Shown: one piece after another, positions 27,492 to 36,573 of the stretch
How positions within the stretch are numbered: position 1 is the stretch's first letter
Layout of the letters: the number at the start of each line of letters is the position of its first letter
Virus record (IMG/VR): IMGVR_UViG_3300045988_176633
DNA length: 64,000 bases
Reading direction: 5' to 3' (one strand)
Source of the DNA: a virus
The notes under the pieces: model-generated
Database searches by the model: none
Seen by the model: the letters and a program-made list of their open reading frames with translations, nothing else
What the model was told of the DNA's origin: nothing
Position numbers and translations under genes: made by a program

Positions 27492-29507
27492 TTAGACAAT
27501 GTTTAATTGTATGATTTCACTACAATCCATGATAGTAATTGTGTTCTTCTTTTTCCAGGAATCAAACCTCACACAACCGTTTAAAACCAACAAAGTTTTT
27601 TTAGAATTGAGGAGAATGTCCCTTCTTTCTTTCCAGTAATCTGGGAAAAACACCACTTCTATGAAATCATAGTTATTTTCTAGGGTTATCTTAGCATATT
27701 GACCTTTTTTCGAAGACATTTCATCGATATTCAAAACATAACCACCTACCATAACATGATTCGTGTAATGATCAACGATATCTTCATCTTGTATCTGTTT
27801 ACCATCAACAAAATACGGCGTTCCCAATCCTCCATCTGTCACAATAGGAGAGAGGTATTTGTTAACTAAGTATTTATAATCAAAGAAACAGAACCCTGAT
27901 TTTCGTTTTTGTTGCAATAACCACCACCACTCTTGATCTTTTTTCCCTTTATCTTTAGCAATACTATACTCATCCTTCTTCTCATCTATCTTGATATTTT
28001 TCTTTTCTCGATAATTAAGAAGAAGTCTTTCTCGATCAGTTACCTTTTTAATTCCTTCAATAGAATCAAATGCACCACTATAAATCAGATTTTCAACCAC
28101 AGATTTGTTAATTGAAGAACCTTTTTTATTAAATCTGTCGATAAATTCATCAAAAGAAAAATACTCACCATTTTTAGTTCTTTCTTCCATCAATTCTTGT
28201 TGAGCTACATCGCCAAGTTGAGAAACCGAATTGAAAGCCCAGTAAATACTATTACTTTTTACATCAGAAACGATATTGGCTCCTGATTGATTTATATCTA
28301 CAGATTTGATCTGTATATTACCACTTCTCCTGATTTCATTTATATAGTAAGGATAGTCTTCTGCTTTAGCACGACTAAAAGTTACCGACCAGAATTCAAT
28401 CGGATAATGTACTTTCAACCATAGGGAATTGTATCCATTTATTGAATAAGATACAGAATGTGATTTGTTAAATAGATAGGAGGAGGCTTTTACAATTTCT
28501 TCCCAGAAATCTTTGGCATATTCTTCTGTCACTTTATATCTATCACAGTAACCCTTTATAAATTGACCTTCCAAAGATTTGATAACATCAATCTTCTTCT
28601 TACCCATCGCTTTACGAGCTGTGTCACATGTAACAAGATCCATACCTGCTAATTCATGCATAAGAGCCATAACTTGTTCTTGATATACAAACAATCCATA
28701 GGTGCTATTTAATATCTTCTCAGTACCCACATGATAAGTACACTCTCTTTCTCCTGCCTTCCTTAACAAATATTCTTCATGATAACCATTTTCCATGACA
28801 CCTGGACGATATAACGCTGCACAGTCACTCAACTCATCGACACTTGTTGGTTGCATCTTCACACAATAGGAAGATAAACCTTTAGCTCCAAAGTGGAAAA
28901 CATCTCCTAAGAATCCTCTTTGGAAAAAATCAAAGACCTTTGGATCGTCCTTTGGAATCTTATACAAATCGATCCTTTTACCATAATGTTCTTCAATTAG
29001 ATTTAAAATATCCGTAAACTTATCAAGTTGCTCAATTCCTAAAATATCCTCTTTTAAGAAACCTGCTTCATCTAATTCAAGACCTTCCCACTCACTTACA
29101 ATCAATCCTTTTTGACTTCTTACCGGACACCATTCATACAAGGTCTTTTCGTCAGGAAATATCATCATAGCACAAGCATGTATCGAAGAAGTCTTTGGTT
29201 GACCAAGTGATAACATCAAACAATTAAACATTTCTGCATGATCGTTTAGAAATTTCTTGACTTCTTCATATTTACAAGCTGTCTTAAAAAAATCTTCAAT
29301 AGTCTTGACTTTTTCTGTCTCTAAGATCTTGCAAATCCTACGGACCAATGGAATTGGAATTTTCTCTAGTCTTGCGAAATCTTGTATCGCTGCTTTTAAT
29401 TGTAGGGTACCATAAGTACCTACAGAACAAACTTGATCAATACCAAAACGTTGTTCCATATACTCTTTTACACGAGGCCTGGCTTCGCCAGGGAAATCTG
29501 TATCAAT
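27492..29507 (-). CDS. dnaE: DNA polymerase III alpha-type (DnaE) replicase, proposed exon 2
   Basis: The track ORF starts at M (29459), but the frame is open back to 29507. There it encodes IDTDFPGEARPRVKEY, the catalytic Asp motif PDIDxDF, directly after a UAG. Downstream QRFG..VCSVGTYGTLQLKAAIQDFARL is the DnaE palm/fingers. Confidence 0.75.
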   Translation of the reverse strand: MDTDFPGEARPRVKEYMEQRFGIDQVCSVGTYGTLQLKAAIQDFARLEKIPIPLVRRICKILETEKVKTIEDFFKTACKYEEVKKFLNDHAEMFNCLMLSLGQPKTSSIHACAMMIFPDEKTLYEWCPVRSQKGLIVSEWEGLELDEAGFLKEDILGIEQLDKFTDILNLIEEHYGKRIDLYKIPKDDPKVFDFFQRGFLGDVFHFGAKGLSSYCVKMQPTSVDELSDCAALYRPGVMENGYHEEYLLRKAGERECTYHVGTEKILNSTYGLFVYQEQVMALMHELAGMDLVTCDTARKAMGKKKIDVIKSLEGQFIKGYCDRYKVTEEYAKDFWEEIVKASSYLFNKSHSVSYSINGYNSLWLKVHYPIEFWSVTFSRAKAEDYPYYINEIRRSGNIQIKSVDINQSGANIVSDVKSNSIYWAFNSVSQLGDVAQQELMEERTKNGEYFSFDEFIDRFNKKGSSINKSVVENLIYSGAFDSIEGIKKVTDRERLLLNYREKKNIKIDEKKDEYSIAKDKGKKDQEWWWLLQQKRKSGFCFFDYKYLVNKYLSPIVTDGGLGTPYFVDGKQIQDEDIVDHYTNHVMVGGYVLNIDEMSSKKGQYAKITLENNYDFIEVVFFPDYWKERRDILLNSKKTLLVLNGCVRFDSWKKKNTITIMDCSEIIQLNIV

Positions 29508-30599
29508 CTATTGCCCCAAAGGGCTAGATGTCGGGAAGCGAACCCGGAGTTCTGACCTTCCCGACAAATCTTTCAATTTTTTTTACTTTCATGTTTAAAA
29601 ATTTTTTGATAATCTCTCCAATACTGTTCTCTATACCATTTTCCTCCAGAATTCAATTGATATAAATCTTTTTCATCTTCATTTCTATACCATCTTCTAT
29701 AATATTGATTTCTAACAGATAAATTCAAAAGATTCTCTTTGATTGTATTATTAAGATCTAAATTCTCTTTATCTTCAACAATTATCCAAAACCCTTTGAA
29801 AATATGATCTAATTGATTTCTATATTTTCGAACTGTATCAGGTTTAAGGTGTAAAAATTGTCCAGCTTCTTTCATACAACCAAACCTAATAATTTCTTCT
29901 GTTATTAGATTTATACAAAAGACAGGAATCGCTTTATTATTCTTTTCACCTTTAGTATCTCTATACTTTTTAAAAAACTCACTCAATCGAATTTTCTTTT
30001 CTAAAGACCACTTCTTTCCATAATTTCCATTATTCTTTCCTCTTTTTGTAGGAGGTTTGAATCCTCCTACACAACAATTTAACGTCTCTTCACTTTCAAT
30101 AAATATTTGATTTACAATGATTTCTTCTGCTTTTAACAAATCTTTCTTCTTCTTGAAATATAATAGATTTTCTCTTTTAAAAGAAGAATATCCATATTTT
30201 TCTACAGATCGTTTCAAATGACTAATTCCATATCCCAAAGATTTTCTCTTTATTATATTAGAATTGATTCCGTTACCTATATAACGATCTTTTATATAAA
30301 GAGAAGAGTGTATACCAATATAAATTTTACCATTTTGAATACATGTTGTTTTGTATAAAACATGATACAATTGACCTTCTCCTTTGAAAGGTTCAACACT
30401 ACAATCCATATCCTTTAATGCAAAGATAATCTCTTCATTTGTAAGATATAATTTCATCTCCTTCTTGTATATCCTTAGCTTCAACTAACATTTCTTTGTT
30501 TTCCCTAAAGATCTTACAATTAGTAGAAATATCCAACTCTATCTCTAAATTATCTTCACCTATTATTCTTACCATTTCTTTTTCAGTTTCTTTCCATAG
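29508..30599 (-). mobile_element. putative group I intron carrying a GIY-YIG homing endonuclease, interrupting dnaE (5' boundary uncertain: 30530-30599)
   Basis: A GC-rich structured 3' segment sits in AT-rich DNA. It has stems GUCGGGAAG...CUUCCCGAC and GCCC-UUUG-GGGC, then AAUAG (candidate omega-G) immediately before exon 2. An I-TevI-like ORF lies inside. The catalytic motif resumes in frame right after the stop. Confidence 0.5.
29573..30484 (-). CDS. GIY-YIG homing endonuclease (I-TevI-like)
   Basis: VLYKTTCIQNGKIYIG gives the GIY..YIG pair with 10-aa spacing. A NUMOD3-like GKNNGNYGKKWSLEKKIRLSE and a C-terminal HTH-like FGCMKEAGQFLHLKPDTVRKY follow. The real start may be M26 (30409). Confidence 0.75.
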   Translation of the reverse strand: MKLRIYKKEMKLYLTNEEIIFALKDMDCSVEPFKGEGQLYHVLYKTTCIQNGKIYIGIHSSLYIKDRYIGNGINSNIIKRKSLGYGISHLKRSVEKYGYSSFKRENLLYFKKKKDLLKAEEIIVNQIFIESEETLNCCVGGFKPPTKRGKNNGNYGKKWSLEKKIRLSEFFKKYRDTKGEKNNKAIPVFCINLITEEIIRFGCMKEAGQFLHLKPDTVRKYRNQLDHIFKGFWIIVEDKENLDLNNTIKENLLNLSVRNQYYRRWYRNEDEKDLYQLNSGGKWYREQYWRDYQKIFKHESKKN

Positions 30600-32072
30600 A
30601 CGGCCTTTGTTTAGAAAACGTTCGAACAACAAGCCATACCTCATAGGATCAACCTTAGTGATACCAAGTAAGTAAGTAACTAGACTTCCAGCCGCAGATC
30701 CACGACCAGCTCCTAATAAGATGTTGTTAGCACGACACCAATTAACTATATCTCTTAACACCAAGAAATAATCTTCAACTCCTCCAAATTCTATAGTACT
30801 TATTTCTCGATCTATTCTTTCACCAATAACATCCTCGCCATATTTATCAAGCAAATCGATATGTTCTTCTAAACCTTTGAAAACAAGTTCTTCAAACATT
30901 TCTTTGTTAGAAGAGTAAAGTTTTCTTTCTTCCTCTGTCATGATATATCTAGGAAGGTGTCTTTGGTTGGTTTCAAAGGTGTAATTGCATTCCGCACAAA
31001 TATCAACAAGATTCTCAACCGCATCCATGAAACTATCTAGAAACCTTTCAAAATCGTTTTCATTAAACAACGATTGTAACTCAAAAAAATATTCTTCACC
31101 ATTTTTAAAATACTGATTCTTACTCTCGTAATTCATGACACCAGCAATCTTGTTTAAACGGTTTCTTACTATGTAACCTTCTTTCTCTACATAGTAAGCA
31201 TCACACATCGCTACTGGTTTAATCTTTGAATCGAAAAATTTTTTCAAGTTTTCAAGGTACCAACGATCTCTATCTTCTTTCTCATAGACAACAGTATCTA
31301 ATTGATAATAAAATTGATGAGCGAACATAGTTCTCCAACCAACTGGTATATCTTCAAATCGAATAGTCTTAGGATCAAGGATACAAAATAAACCATTTCG
31401 ATTTTCAATGAAACTTTCGATACTTGTAAAACCATTTCCATCTACATTGAGAAGTTTGCTGATTTTCAGTAAATTCAACCAACCCTCTTCGTTTTTTACA
31501 AATACTTTCACTGAAAACAACAAATCTTTCTTTTCATCTTTTATAGGAATTTCCATACCAAAAATCGGATCTATCCCTTCTTTTTTGCAGGCTGATTGAA
31601 ATTTAAATACACCTGCTAAGCTCCCTTTTTCACAAATACCTAATTTTTGAATACCTAGAAATTTGGCTTTGTCAACCCAATCTTTATAAGAGCCGCAACT
31701 ATTCAACATCTCGAATGGACCATGAACACCTAGAAAACAAGGCAAGAGAAGATCTTCTTCTTGTAGATTAACCTTACCTAAATATTTCACTCTATTGAGT
31801 TTGATGTTCTTTTCTTCACCTCTATTAAACCAATACCAACAACCACCAAATTTGAATATATAACGATCGTATTCAGTCTTATCATTTACCCAAGTAAACG
31901 CTTCATCAAAAAAAACGGGATTCTCGTCATCATTCCACTGTAGTGGTTCAAACAATTCGTAAGATTTTCCATCTATAGAAAATAAATAACGATCTTGTTC
32001 TGTTTTCCGACTAGAAAATTGAATAAAATTCTCTAAAAGGTAAGCCTGTAATTCTTCATATAATTCTTTCAT
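30435..32072 (-). CDS. dnaE: DNA polymerase III alpha-type (DnaE), proposed exon 1 (PHP domain); ORF as read through into the intron
   Basis: PHP motif GVHGPFEMLNSCGS, then ...GRGSAAGSLVTYLLGITKVDPMRYGLLFERFLNKGR. The frame then continues to a stop at 30435. The ATG at 32072 (MKELYEEL) is preferred because the track start at 32105 lies inside the upstream terminator stem. Confidence 0.75.
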   Translation of the reverse strand: MKELYEELQAYLLENFIQFSSRKTEQDRYLFSIDGKSYELFEPLQWNDDENPVFFDEAFTWVNDKTEYDRYIFKFGGCWYWFNRGEEKNIKLNRVKYLGKVNLQEEDLLLPCFLGVHGPFEMLNSCGSYKDWVDKAKFLGIQKLGICEKGSLAGVFKFQSACKKEGIDPIFGMEIPIKDEKKDLLFSVKVFVKNEEGWLNLLKISKLLNVDGNGFTSIESFIENRNGLFCILDPKTIRFEDIPVGWRTMFAHQFYYQLDTVVYEKEDRDRWYLENLKKFFDSKIKPVAMCDAYYVEKEGYIVRNRLNKIAGVMNYESKNQYFKNGEEYFFELQSLFNENDFERFLDSFMDAVENLVDICAECNYTFETNQRHLPRYIMTEEERKLYSSNKEMFEELVFKGLEEHIDLLDKYGEDVIGERIDREISTIEFGGVEDYFLVLRDIVNWCRANNILLGAGRGSAAGSLVTYLLGITKVDPMRYGLLFERFLNKGRLWKETEKEMVRIIGEDNLEIELDISTNCKIFRENKEMLVEAKDIQEGDEIISYK

Positions 32073-32085
32073 ACGATTAAAAATT

Positions 32086-32128
32086 AAAAAGGGTCCCAAG
32101 TCCATTTTTGGACAACAGGACCCTTTTT
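32086..32128 (-). terminator. intrinsic terminator (11-bp outer stem with an inner hairpin)
   Basis: aaaaagggtcc ... ggacccttttt. Followed on the - strand by TTTTTAATTTTT. Lies after the stop at 32153. Confidence 0.65.
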
Positions 32129-32152
32129 CTATTTTATATTAGAATCTTATTT

Positions 32153-32752
32153 TTATTCAGTGACTTCTTTCTGTTCCACATCAAAGTACTTTGAGATAAC
32201 CTTGTCAACAACAGAAAAATAAGTACCAACTTTTTTCGCTACTTGATAACAAGACTCATTACTTGTCAACAATTCATCATAAGCCTTGCTAGATTTATCA
32301 CCAAGTTTCTCCGGCTTTTCGCCTTTAGGCTTGTAAGTGAAGATTGTTTTTACACGAGGCTGTTTCTCTTTCTTCTGAGCTTTTTTAGCTTCACGTTCAG
32401 CCTTTTTCTTAGCCTTTTCTTCTTCTTTTGCTTTCTTAGCGGCTTCTTTTTCAACACGCTTTTCTGCAGCTAACTCTTTTTTAGTCTTCTTCTTTTCACC
32501 CGTTGGTTTTAGATCTGCTGCTTCTTCTGCGCTAATCTCTTCGACTTCACCAGCTTCTTCTTTTTCAGCGACAATAGCCTTTTCTTCTTCTTTTGCTTCT
32601 TCAGCAGCTACTTCGACAACAGTACTTTCTCCTTCTTTCTTTTCAGATTCCATCTTGTCGATCATTTCCACTAACTCTTGTTTGGAATATTTTCCATAAT
32701 CTTGGATTCCTAAACTCTCAGCTTTTCTACGCAATTCTAATAAAGATGCCAT
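32153..32752 (-). CDS. HeH/Rho-N-like domain protein with a Lys/Glu-rich tail
   Basis: N-terminal LLELRRKAESLGIQDYGKYSKQELVEMI (Rho_N/SAP-like helix-extended-helix), then a KE/AK low-complexity region. Confidence 0.5.
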   Translation of the reverse strand: MASLLELRRKAESLGIQDYGKYSKQELVEMIDKMESEKKEGESTVVEVAAEEAKEEEKAIVAEKEEAGEVEEISAEEAADLKPTGEKKKTKKELAAEKRVEKEAAKKAKEEEKAKKKAEREAKKAQKKEKQPRVKTIFTYKPKGEKPEKLGDKSSKAYDELLTSNESCYQVAKKVGTYFSVVDKVISKYFDVEQKEVTE

Positions 32753-32765
32753 TTTCTTTTAATTT

Positions 32766-33161
32766 TTAATCGTTTAAAAACTCATTTATTTTACTTTGAA
32801 TCTCTTCTTCAGTCTTATTTTCAATATACTTTTTATAAACTCGACGAACATTTGTATAAGAGTAACCTCCTATTTTTGCGATTTTATATAAAGTCCATTT
32901 TTTATGGTCTCTATGTTTTAGAATCGTCTTGAAAATCTCCATAGATGCTACACCAGCTTTTGGAGCTGTACGCGCTTCTCTTGATTTTTTCTTTTTCTTG
33001 AAACAAGAAAATTTAACGATTATAACTGGCAAATACAATTTCTTTCTCTCTTCTTCTTCAACCAAGACTAGAAGTTCTTGTTTAGAATACTTCTTATAAT
33101 TCTTGATCTTTAAAGCACTTGCCTTTTTTCTTAGTTCGTCTAATTTAATTATTGCTTCCAT
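32766..33161 (-). CDS. HeH/Rho-N-like domain protein with a C-terminal HTH-like segment (paralog of 32153..32752)
   Basis: LDELRKKASALKIKNYKKYSKQELLVLV. The C-terminal segment is WTLYKIAKIGGYSYTNVRRVYKKY. Confidence 0.5.
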   Translation of the reverse strand: MEAIIKLDELRKKASALKIKNYKKYSKQELLVLVEEEERKKLYLPVIIVKFSCFKKKKKSREARTAPKAGVASMEIFKTILKHRDHKKWTLYKIAKIGGYSYTNVRRVYKKYIENKTEEEIQSKINEFLND

Positions 33162-33195
33162 ATTCTTTTAATTTTGCTCTTTTATTATGTCGTAA

Positions 33196-33214
33196 AGATA
33201 CAATGTTTGTATCT
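33196..33214 (-). promoter_or_regulatory. palindromic intergenic motif, copy 5
   Basis: agatacaa-tgt-ttgtatct, a perfect 8-bp arm pair. Lies 31 nt upstream of the ATG at 33161. Confidence 0.5.
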
Positions 33215-33259
33215 AGCGAGCAACAAAATCAAAGAAGAAAACAATAAAAATCTACTAAT

Positions 33260-33841
33260 TTAAGACTTTTTAAGTTTACAATCTTTCATAAGGATTTTCT
33301 TAATGAACTTAACTCTGTCAGTAACAGAGCAATTAGGAATGATTGTGTAATCAACAAGACTGTGATAGAGGATATTTTGTATTTCAAGATCCCAGTGTTT
33401 TCTACGTTCTTCATCAAAGAGCCTTTCTCCATCATCGACAGAATCCCAGTAAATTGGGAAGTAAAATATCTTACCTATTCTATCAATATTTTGAGCCAAT
33501 ATCCTTCTCTCACGATTCAATTCAGTCTTTACATTGATGTTCTGATCAAAAGTTCTTGTCATTGTAAAGACATCTATAATAGATCGATCAGATAAACATT
33601 TTGACATATCTAAGACTTTCACGTATTCGTCGAAAATCAATCCTTGATTTTTAATTGATTGAAAATTTCGATCGACACTTATCTTATCTTCCCGTATCAA
33701 TTTACGTGAAATAGATTCTTGAATACTCCATCCTTCGAAAATAGGGTCTTGTTTGAGTACATCAAACACACTTGTTTTCCCTACACAACAAGACCCTAAA
33801 AGAGTTACTTTATCTATTGTCTCCAGAACCATGGATAACAT
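33260..33841 (-). CDS. P-loop NTPase / nucleotide kinase-like protein
   Basis: Walker A LLGSCCVGKTS close to the N-terminus. About 190 aa, typical of small (d)NMP/nucleoside kinases. Specificity unknown. Confidence 0.45.
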   Translation of the reverse strand: MLSMVLETIDKVTLLGSCCVGKTSVFDVLKQDPIFEGWSIQESISRKLIREDKISVDRNFQSIKNQGLIFDEYVKVLDMSKCLSDRSIIDVFTMTRTFDQNINVKTELNRERRILAQNIDRIGKIFYFPIYWDSVDDGERLFDEERRKHWDLEIQNILYHSLVDYTIIPNCSVTDRVKFIKKILMKDCKLKKS

Positions 33842-34346
33842 TTCTTTGTTTACGAGAAGCTAACTTCTCAATGTTTTGTTGACCTTGTTGATTCATCGTT
33901 AAATCAAATACTTGATCGTTTATATCAACCATTATTTGCATAACCTCATTCCATGCACTTTGAATTTTCTCTTTTCTCTCTTCAGAAAGGGAAATCTCTT
34001 GATCTTCTTTCCAATCGTCCCTCAAATATTTTTTAATCTGTTCTGCAATCTTTCCTACTGAAGACGGCAAATCAAAAGGACCAACTTCTTTATCACTAGG
34101 CTTAGGCCAATCAGTAATTTCTTTTAAACTAAATTCAATACGAATAGCAGCTAAATACCACAGAATATCTTGAAACTCAGCTACAGTCGATTGATCATCT
34201 GCTTCTTGTTTTAACTTCTCATAGAATTCACCTAATTCTCCACACAAACCCAATGTAACATAAGGTAAAGCTACCTTATCAGAATAACACTTAGTCGTGA
34301 TAGCAAGTGCTTCATAAGAAGCATAATTAATTACTTTACTTTCCAT
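33810..34346 (-). CDS. mazG: MazG-like nucleoside triphosphate pyrophosphohydrolase
   Basis: LGLCGELGEFYEKLK ... FQDILWYLAA matches the MazG EXXE/ExxD helices. Confidence 0.7.
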   Translation of the reverse strand: MESKVINYASYEALAITTKCYSDKVALPYVTLGLCGELGEFYEKLKQEADDQSTVAEFQDILWYLAAIRIEFSLKEITDWPKPSDKEVGPFDLPSSVGKIAEQIKKYLRDDWKEDQEISLSEERKEKIQSAWNEVMQIMVDINDQVFDLTMNQQGQQNIEKLASRKQRNVIHGSGDNR

Positions 34347-34351
34347 ATGTT

Positions 34352-35149
34352 TTAAAACTTATTTTGAATTTGATTCATTTCATTATTTCCCTCACAAGAC
34401 TTGGTTGCAACCAATTTACAAAAATTAATAAATTCTTCTTGTGTCAATGTTGATTTCATAATATTTATACTTTTATGAACCCATTGAACGTTTCCTTCTA
34501 CATATCCTTTAAAAGAGTCGATTCTATCTAACGAAATAGTTGTCTCTAAACGACCTCTCTTGGAACCCAAACCATAATTCGAAACACATAAATCTATTCC
34601 CGATAAAGCACATTTCATATCTTGTTTCTCAAGTAGATCAGCTAAATATTCATCAGAAACAGACCATTCTAAATTTCTGGCTTCTGCTCCTTCTCGAGCT
34701 CTTCTAATAACTGAAGCATTCAAACATCCAATTTTCCGACTTCCTCTTCCTATTCTACAATCTTTACAACAAGTGCTTCGTTTGTTAGTTAAGAAAGTTA
34801 TTCTAACGTAACTCTCTTCTCCACAGTCACACTTAACTCTATAAGACCTTTCTTTATCAGAAGAAAGAAATTTGAAATCATTTACATCAACAATAGTCCA
34901 ATGTCCAAATCTCATACCATTTTCAACTTTTGTCCAATGTTTCGGTTTTTGCTTTCTTTCTGCGACAACAGATCCATACCTACACTTTAGACATTGTTTA
35001 GATGTACCTGTTTTCAGATCATAAAATCGCTTCGTCACAATTTCACCACATTCACACTGGACAACAATTCTACCACCTTTAATTACTTCTATTATGGTCC
35101 ACTTGCCATACTTATCTCCAACTTTAGGATAAATTGTTTCTAATTTCAT
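34352..35149 (-). CDS. free-standing HNH-family homing endonuclease-like protein
   Basis: Two (K/H)WTI(I/V)..C.CG....C..C zinc-ribbon modules. C-terminal SLDRIDSFKGYVEGNVQWVHKSINIMKS, a degenerate HNH common in phage HEGs. Confidence 0.55.
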   Translation of the reverse strand: MKLETIYPKVGDKYGKWTIIEVIKGGRIVVQCECGEIVTKRFYDLKTGTSKQCLKCRYGSVVAERKQKPKHWTKVENGMRFGHWTIVDVNDFKFLSSDKERSYRVKCDCGEESYVRITFLTNKRSTCCKDCRIGRGSRKIGCLNASVIRRAREGAEARNLEWSVSDEYLADLLEKQDMKCALSGIDLCVSNYGLGSKRGRLETTISLDRIDSFKGYVEGNVQWVHKSINIMKSTLTQEEFINFCKLVATKSCEGNNEMNQIQNKF

Positions 35150-35766
35150 TTGAGATTAACAATCATGTCAAAAAATTCTTTTCTAGATCCTATTTCATTA
35201 GTCTTAAAATAACCACTACAATAAGACGTCTGCATCGTTGAATCTTGCTCAATCCCACGTAATTTAACACACATATGATCTGCTTTAATAAAGACGATCA
35301 CACCCTGATTGTCGGGAATTATATCGTTAATATAGTCGTGAATTTGTTTCGTTAAGAATTCTTGAGTCTGAGGTCTCTTCGAAAGAAAATCCACAATTCG
35401 ATTCAACTTAGATAAACCAATGATATTCCCATCTTTTTTAGGAATATAAGCAACATGACAAACTCCAACTATACTTGCAAAATGATGTGCACACAAACTG
35501 TGTACCGGAATATTTCCTTGGAACACAATACCGTCATATTGGGATTCATTCGGGAAAACCGTGATCTTTGGTGGTTCTGAGTAAGCACCTGATGTCACTT
35601 CGTTTACATACATCTTTGCCACACGATAAGGAGTCTTCTTCATATTAGGATCATTTTCCCAATCATAACCTAAGGCCCTTAGAAAATTACCGAAGGCAAA
35701 CTCGGCATTTTCTAACATTTGTTTTCTTTGACTTTCAGTCAAAACTTTATTTTCTCCTGCTTTCAT
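35146..35766 (-). CDS. folE: GTP cyclohydrolase I
   Basis: VHSLCAHHFASIVGVCHVAYIP, IGLSKLNRIVDFLSKRPQTQEFLT and IKADHMCVKLRG. Confidence 0.9.
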   Translation of the reverse strand: MKAGENKVLTESQRKQMLENAEFAFGNFLRALGYDWENDPNMKKTPYRVAKMYVNEVTSGAYSEPPKITVFPNESQYDGIVFQGNIPVHSLCAHHFASIVGVCHVAYIPKKDGNIIGLSKLNRIVDFLSKRPQTQEFLTKQIHDYINDIIPDNQGVIVFIKADHMCVKLRGIEQDSTMQTSYCSGYFKTNEIGSRKEFFDMIVNLK

Positions 35767-35769
35767 ATT

Positions 35770-36573
35770 TTACGCTTCTCTTTTATTACCATATGCTAAT
35801 ATCTGTAGACGATCTGAATAGTTAAAACCACGTTTTAAACATTCTTCCATCAACCAAACTCTTTTCTCAGAAATCTGTTCAGGTGTTACACCTTCTGGCA
35901 TTAGATAGACTTGTGATCGAATAAACATAGCAAGCTTATCTTCGTCTTGATTATATAGTTCATCTCGAATCTTTAAAAGTTGTCCTTCTATCTCCTCTAA
36001 ATCCTTTTCAGATCCAACAACATATTTTAATTGAAAATCTCTAGCATAAATAATCCAATCCACAATATTAGAGATGTTCTCTCTTTCTTTGATATGCTTC
36101 TTTTCAATTTCTTTAGAATATTTCATTCCAAATTTTTCCATTTTCTCTTGAGTTGGAATACTTGATTCTAACTTAGGAGAGATAGAAGCTAAATCAATAG
36201 ATTTCATCACTGAAGGAGGTACTTTAATTGATCCATTTGTCTCAATAGTGATTGAAATAGGATAATCGAAATCATCACTATTACTTGCAAATTCTTCTAC
36301 AAGGTCTAAATGAAGACAAGGCTCACCACCTGTAATCATCATGTGATTTATACCTAAATTATCTTCGCAGAACTCTTGTACATCTTGTAATGTATACTTT
36401 CCTTTTTCAGGATTAAAACTAGAATAAGGTGTGTCACAATAAGAATCTTTGAAAGCACAACGAAGATTACAACCACTTAAACGTACCAAAATATGTGGTA
36501 CACCAGCTAACTTACCTTCTCCTTGTAGACAAGTGTGTAAGTCAATGATCGGAAGAATTTTATTTTTGTCCAT
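35770..36573 (-). CDS. queE: 7-carboxy-7-deazaguanine synthase (radical SAM)
   Basis: CLQGEGKLAGVPHILVRLSGCNLRCAFKDSYCDTPYS. Confidence 0.85.
   Translation of the reverse strand: MDKNKILPIIDLHTCLQGEGKLAGVPHILVRLSGCNLRCAFKDSYCDTPYSSFNPEKGKYTLQDVQEFCEDNLGINHMMITGGEPCLHLDLVEEFASNSDDFDYPISITIETNGSIKVPPSVMKSIDLASISPKLESSIPTQEKMEKFGMKYSKEIEKKHIKERENISNIVDWIIYARDFQLKYVVGSEKDLEEIEGQLLKIRDELYNQDEDKLAMFIRSQVYLMPEGVTPEQISEKRVWLMEECLKRGFNYSDRLQILAYGNKREA

Noticed and set aside
29525-29566. tRNA-like GGGTTCG T-loop look-alike in the GC-rich patch
   Set aside because: There is only one ~40-nt stem-loop. No acceptor, D or anticodon arms can be drawn, and it fits better as a 3' structural element of the putative intron.
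29460-30600. The dnaE interruption as a fourth intein (the tail CKIFRENKEMLVEAKDIQEGDEI resembles an intein block A region)
   Set aside because: The insert has in-frame stops and a frame change, the endonuclease is a separate GIY-YIG ORF, and there is no His-Asn plus Cys/Ser/Thr junction before IDTDF. Protein splicing cannot join the parts.
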